Below are positions 58,701-64,000 of a DNA stretch of 64,000 nucleotides, one piece after another. The translations under genes and the position numbers were made by a program. Numbering within the stretch: position 1 is the stretch's first letter; every line of letters starts with the position of its first letter. The notes beneath the pieces are model-generated. The model searched no databases. It saw only the letters and a list, made by a program, of their open reading frames with translations, and had not been told where the DNA came from. Source of the DNA: Cyanophora paradoxa CCMP329 (lineage: Eukaryota; Plantae; Glaucophyta); assembly GCA_004431415.1 (NCBI GenBank), contig QPMI01000522.1, positions 62,001 through 126,000 of the forward strand. The letters are read 5' to 3'.

Positions 58701-60674
58701 TTCGCCAGCGGCCCCAGCGGTAGCGAGGCGGCCCTCGTGACGGCGCTCGCGGCCCGCATCCGGTCCCGCGCGGCGGCCGTCGGCGCCGCGGCGGCCCTCG
58801 TGGCGGACTTCGACGAGGCCCTTCAGCTCGCCGTCGAGTCGGGCGCGGTCGCCGCGTCCGCGCCCAACTCCGTCGAGGGCGTCGCCGTCACGTTCTCGTT
58901 CTTCGGCGTCGCCAACGCGCGCTCGGCGCGGCCGTCGGCGGCGCAGCTGCGCGACTTCGTCTACGCGGAGGCGGTCCTCCGCGGGCTCGACCTCTCCGCC
59001 CTCGACCCGCAGCTCGTCGGGGGCGTGCCCCTCCAGCTCGACGGCCAGCGCATCCGCAGGGTGCGATATTGTGTTGATTACAAGCGAGTTTCGCAAGCAT
59101 ATGCGAATTTCGCGCGAATTCGCAGCCCGGGACGCCAGGCGTCGGCGGCTTCCGCAACGACACGCACGGGCCCCTCGCCGTCGTCCTCAGCTTCCCGGAG
59201 ACGGCCGCCACGCTCGAGGAGTTCACCGCCATGTACCCGACTTCCAGCACCGCGGCCGGAAACCCGCGCCTCGCCCGCGGGCTCCTCAAGGCGCGAAACC
59301 GCGCCCTTTGTTTCTATCATATTATTAGCTCTTTTGCTGATTTCTCCGCTCGGTCGTGTTTAGGCTGTCCGCGAATCGGTGAACGGCACCGTCTTCGGGG
59401 ACGCTCTGCAATCCGCCCTCGATCTTCAGGTCCACAAAGCTTAATGACATCGCTTGCACTTGCCTTCAGACCGCTGAGCGTCGGCGGCAGGTTGCCTACA
59501 CGCGGTCCGAGCGGGGCTCCATCGTGAGCACCTTCCAGCTCTACCGCGCGATCCCCGCCCTGCCCGCCGCGGACGGCGGCTTCGCGCTGTCCTCGGCGGG
59601 CGCCGGGGCGGAGCCCATCGCGCGCGCCCTGGTGTTCGCCTCGCTCCGCGGGGGCCTGTCGCTGCCCCTCGCCAACGGCAAGACCCTGCACTCGGGCGTC
59701 GTTCGCTCGGTCGGGAGCGGGGTCGCCGGACTCGCGTCGCTTGTCGTCGACATTCACGTGCGTGGCGACCGACGATTACTTAGCTGCGCGTTACTTGTCT
59801 CACAAACATTGCAGCGCGAGCTGTCGGCCGGCGAGGCGTCCGGATCCGTTCCGGCGGGCGCGCCGCTCCTGAACTTCACGGTCCGCGTGGAGAACGCGGC
59901 CGGCTCCCTCGAGGCGTGGGTGCGCGAGAACTACGACGCGCTGCCCGAGGGCGCCCGCGACGACTTCTGGCGCCTCGCCCTCCACGGCCTCCTCCGCCGC
60001 CTCGACCCGCGCGCCTCCCTCGCCGGCCTCTCCTTCCCCGGCCGGGGCGCCTTCGCCGACGGCGTCTCCAACGGGACGGCCGCGAGGCGGTTCCTGCGGC
60101 AGCTCGGCGTCGCCCCGTCCGTCGACATCACGGCGTCGTACCGCGGCAACTCGTCCGTGCTCGGGAGCGGCTCCGGCTTCTCCCGCAACAGTGCGTTCAG
60201 AAAATGGAGGATATCTAAACCAAATACTGCAATATAAATTGAACACTCGCCTCTGCGCGCGCAGGCTCGTTCTGCGGGCAGGCCTACTCGCTCATGACGC
60301 CGACCGGCGCCGCCAGCGCCTCGCCGCGCTGCACCGACACGGGCCTGGCCTCCCTGCCCCGCCCCGCGGCCGGCGCCGGCGCCGGCGCCGGCTCGGCGTT
60401 CAACCCGTGGGAGGGCGGCGCCGCGCCGTCGGCGCCGGCCTCGTCGCACCAGACGAGCACGACGGCGATCCTCGCCGGCGTCTTCGGCTGTGTCGGCTTC
60501 GTCGCCCTCGTCGCGGGCGCCGTCTTCGTCGTGAAGTGGCGGCGCGGCCGGGATCAGGCGCAGGGCGCCCCCGGCGCGAGCTTCAGCTCCAGCCGCCCGT
60601 ACAACGTCGGAATGCCCACGCAGCCGTGGGGCCCGCGGCCGCAGCCGAGGGAGACCCACTTCGTTCTCGTGTGA
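40739..60674 (+). CDS. Giant type I membrane subtilisin-like serine protease (S8, KP-43/TagA-like) with Ser/Pro/Thr stalk, FN3/Ig-like repeats, REJ (PKD1-like) domain and one C-terminal TM helix; many introns
   Basis: Signal [32 protein letters not shown]|DSP (Asp); HGTH|VAGTVAG (His 43318); SAAGNDG; FSSWGP; [12 protein letters not shown] (Ser 45530); PSGSLVKATIINSA; QGFGRPQL; NNVEKI. REJ-like [80 protein letters not shown]; stop at 60674. Confidence 0.75.
47050..50345 (+). repeat. Compound coding tandem repeat: 30-bp [10 protein letters not shown], 33-bp [11 protein letters not shown] and 57-bp [18 protein letters not shown]-type units
   Basis: Three successive arrays directly visible, with 1-bp indels at ~47643 and 49925-50195. 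Confidence 0.93.
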
Positions 60675-60770
60675 GCGCGATTCGCGATCGTCGACGTCGG
60701 AATAAATTTATATTGTGCTACAAATGCAGGCTTCAGCCGATTCTTTTGTTGTAATGTTATATATGCTAGC

Positions 60771-63435
60771 GCTGCTAGGGAGGATTCCGGTACCCCGGAA
60801 AATTGCGCGAAGGCCCGCGAGCGAGTAAGCCGGCGCAGTGGGGCTTCCCCAACGAGGGTGCCTGCTAGCACTGCACGTGGCCGGTCCCAAAACTCGCGGC
60901 GCCGACGCCCAACGACCAGCACGGCCCGAACGCGCAAAGTAGGTCCGCCGGGCGGGCAACGACAGCCGCAGCGACACCACAGACATCTCGAAGAGCAGCT
61001 GCGCCCCTGTTGGCGCCGCGACTCGCGCCAGCTCCCGCGGTAACGTGTTTAAACGGGCCGGTCCCCGCCGCCTTCTCCTGCCACTCCGAGCGCGCCCGAG
61101 AGACGCCCCACAACATCTAGAGCCAACATACGCCCGTTTAAGCTCCCGTCCTCGCTCCGCCCGCCTTCCGCCAACGCATGCCACCCGCGCATGCGCGGCT
61201 CGCCTGAGCCCACGCCCACAGCGCACGACGCACAACTCGACTCGACTCCGCGCAGTCGGACGCGTGGCTCCGCCAACGCACCCGGCTCCGCTGCCGCCGA
61301 TCATGCGGGACCCTCCCCGCGCCCGTCGCTCACGCCCTCCGCCCGCGCCCCTCCTCTATGAACTCTGACGCCGGACCCGTACGGCCACAGAGCACGCCGG
61401 CGCCGGCGGCCCGTGCGCGGGCCGCCCGCGCCAGCACGACACTCAAGAACCACGGGCCGCGTCCCCCCGCTCACTTGGCTCTCCGTGACGCGTGCGCGAC
61501 GCTCGCAGGCCTCTGGCGGGACGCGGAGCAAGCGCCCCAAGACGCGGCAGTGGACAGAGCCCCGAGCTGTGATGCCGCCTCTGCTGGCGCCGCTGGCGCC
61601 TATGCAAATCGTTCCCCTGGCGCCGCTGGCGCCGGCATGCAAGCCGACGTCCCCTACGTCTACCCGGGCGCATGAGCACTCAAACGCTCGCCCAGCTACC
61701 ACCGCGGGGTCTGAGCCAGACGGCGCTCGCCTGCCTCAGGGCCCGGCCTCGCCGGGACCCGCCCTCGTGGGGTCCGAGCCTGATGGCGCTCGCCCACTAT
61801 CGGACCCGGAATCCCCGGGCTCCGTCGAAGACTTCCCAGCGGCGGGCAGTGCGTCCCGGCGGTCGCTGCCAGGCCCGCGCCGCCCGCCCCTCATGCCCGC
61901 CGGCCCTCCCCCACGAGGCGACCGGTCCCCTGCACACCCCCGCGATGCAAGCCTCCTATACGGTCGGCGAGCTTGAGGGGCGCCTGCGATATCGATATAC
62001 ACACGAATAAGTCGGCCCCCGTCTGCTTTAGGAGGCCCTTAAAAGCTTGGCCCCCTAGTGGAGCGATTCGAAAGATTTTAACTGCACGAGGGAGCTGGGC
62101 ACCCTCGCTCGAGCTCGAACTTGCATGCAAATCTCTCAGAGTCTAAACGTTTAACAAGAGAACCAGGACAGGGTCCGCGTACGGTATATATATACTGCAT
62201 GCGTACAAGCGCATAGCTAGCTATATAGGCCCTTGAGCTCATGATCATTTGCATATATATAGCTATAGGGGGCGGCCCCGACTCGGTGGCCCTCGAGGCC
62301 ACCAAGAACAGCAAGAAGATCTCGATCCCGGGAGCACCGCATCAACTACCCCGACGGGGTGGCCGCGCGTCCTACCGCCCCGGCCACTCGACGGGGGCGC
62401 GCCGGCTCAACCGCCTCAGCGCCCTTAACGAGGACAAGACCCCCGAGGAGGCCGCCCAGCTCGCGGCGGACATCGCCGCCCAGTCCCACAAGCGCGCGAT
62501 CGAGCGCTTCGGCCCCGACGCCGTCAAGAAGCGCGAGGGCGGTGCCGCCGCCCCGCCCCGCCGCCGCGGCCGCCGCGGCCGCCCCCGCTGCTGCCGCCAA
62601 CGCCGCCACCGCTGCCGCTGCTGCCGCCGCCGCCGCTGCCGCCGCCGTCGCCGCCGCCGCCGCCCGGCACCGGCCGCCGCCCCGCGCCCGCCCCGGGCCC
62701 GGCCCCGCCCCCGGCCCTGGGCCGGCCACCATCTCGCTTACCAACTACCAGGCGGCCCAGCGCGTGCTCGCCGAGCTCACCTGGGCCCTCGGGGCCCCGC
62801 CGCCATCGAGGCCCTCCTGGCCGGCCGCCGGGCGGCCGCCGCCGACAACGCGGCAGCGTAGAAATTTCCTCTCTCGGCACTTTTACCCTTTCGGCCCCGA
62901 TTTCTTTCTCTTTCCTCTCTCTACAATTTGCGGTAGCATGACTGCCGAAGAAAGGGGCCTTGTGACAAGCCCGCCGCCCTCCTCTCTGAGTTAGATAGCT
63001 CCATGAAGCAATGACACCCCCTACCCGCCCTCGCATTAAGCCTTGCCCGCCTACGGGTTCGCCCCACCTCCCTAAGCATCTCTCCGGCCCGGACGCTTGC
63101 GACAGACTAGCTCCACGGCCTGCGCCCCGCCACGCCCTCTGTCCCTGACCCTCCTAGGGTGCCCACCCCGCCCGCCACCGCCGTCCCCGCGGCCGCGGCA
63201 TACCGATAAAGCCCCTACCCGGCCCACACCCACCCGCGCCCCACACGCAATAAAAATCGGGGGCGCGCCCGCTACCCTAGCCCGCGCCGCTCCCCTCCCC
63301 CCTCCCTCCCCGCCCCGCTCTCCCCTGACTGATAAGCTTGGCCCCCATGGCGCCACGACTCCCAACTGTACGTCTACACTCACACCTACGACCCCCTCCC
63401 ACGCCTCCCCCCACAAGAGAAACGCTCAGCTGTAG
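60771..63435 (+). other. Intronless C-rich region with Pro/Ala-rich ORF fragments; possible decayed retroelement or orphan gene
   Basis: Composition resembles the LINE at 29.8-37.6 kb. It has internal short direct repeats (GSEPDGAR twice) and no recognisable domain. Confidence 0.25.
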
Positions 63436-64000
63436 CGTCGAGGCGCCTATCCCTGTGTTCCGGCCTCAGGTTATGCTCTGACCCAGAGTTCGGCCTATTC
63501 CGAACCGGTAGTGCGTACGATGATGTTACTGAACAAATACAATCGCCACCGCCCTTGATATGGGCTTTGTGAAAAAAATGCTAGCGCTGCTATTGCAGTC
63601 AGCTGCAGATCTATTAATATTAGGGTATATACATGTACATGTGCGAGCACGCACGTGTATGCACCGAGCTGAAAAGCTTGCGCATGCAATCGTCTTCAAA
63701 ATTTCTCGCAGTCTTCAATTTTCGCTAACATTGAGATCAGCTGTAGATTGCAATTAATATCATAGCGTTGGTAGTAGTGAAGGCAGGTACTAATTTGTTG
63801 TGCAGTATGCACAGAGCCACGGCGCCGGCATGCGCAAGTCCATAGAAGCAAATTCGCATGCATAGTGGCCTAGTAGTACCGTATACGTAGTACTAGTTTT
63901 CAAGTAGCGATTTCGAATTTCGTGTGTTGGCCAATGGCGCAGTTCAACGGTTTCAAATAAGTCATATGTGTGTGCAGTCATTTGTGTTCTCCGAATAAAA

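Overview
Eukaryotic nuclear DNA: GC-rich, gene-dense, with many short spliceosomal introns, so most listed ORFs are exon fragments or antisense shadows. A nuclear intron-containing murF with a Phe-motif plastid transit peptide suggests an alga with a peptidoglycan-walled plastid, most likely a glaucophyte such as Cyanophora (inference). In order, the window holds: the 3' part of an Atg22-like MFS transporter; a class II aldolase; a giant minus-strand surface protein (signal peptide, NHL-like region, FN3, Ser-Pro stalk, TRP/FLC-like multipass domain); a compact block of three head-to-head gene pairs (PSMA4/RPL8, murF/IF1-like, DUF1445/PFK); and a transposon-rich zone. That zone contains a 5'-truncated 7.8-kb non-LTR retrotransposon encoding RT, RNase H, a zinc-finger and a C-terminal Ulp1/SENP-type protease, ending in poly(A) and flanked by a near-perfect ~761-bp direct duplication. 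It is followed by nested MITEs and a ~20-kb plus-strand gene for a type I membrane subtilase with a Ser/Pro/Thr stalk, FN3/Ig-like and REJ domains. The best novelty candidate is the Ulp1-carrying LINE with its very long apparent target-site duplication. All gene models were spliced by eye and no database searches were run.
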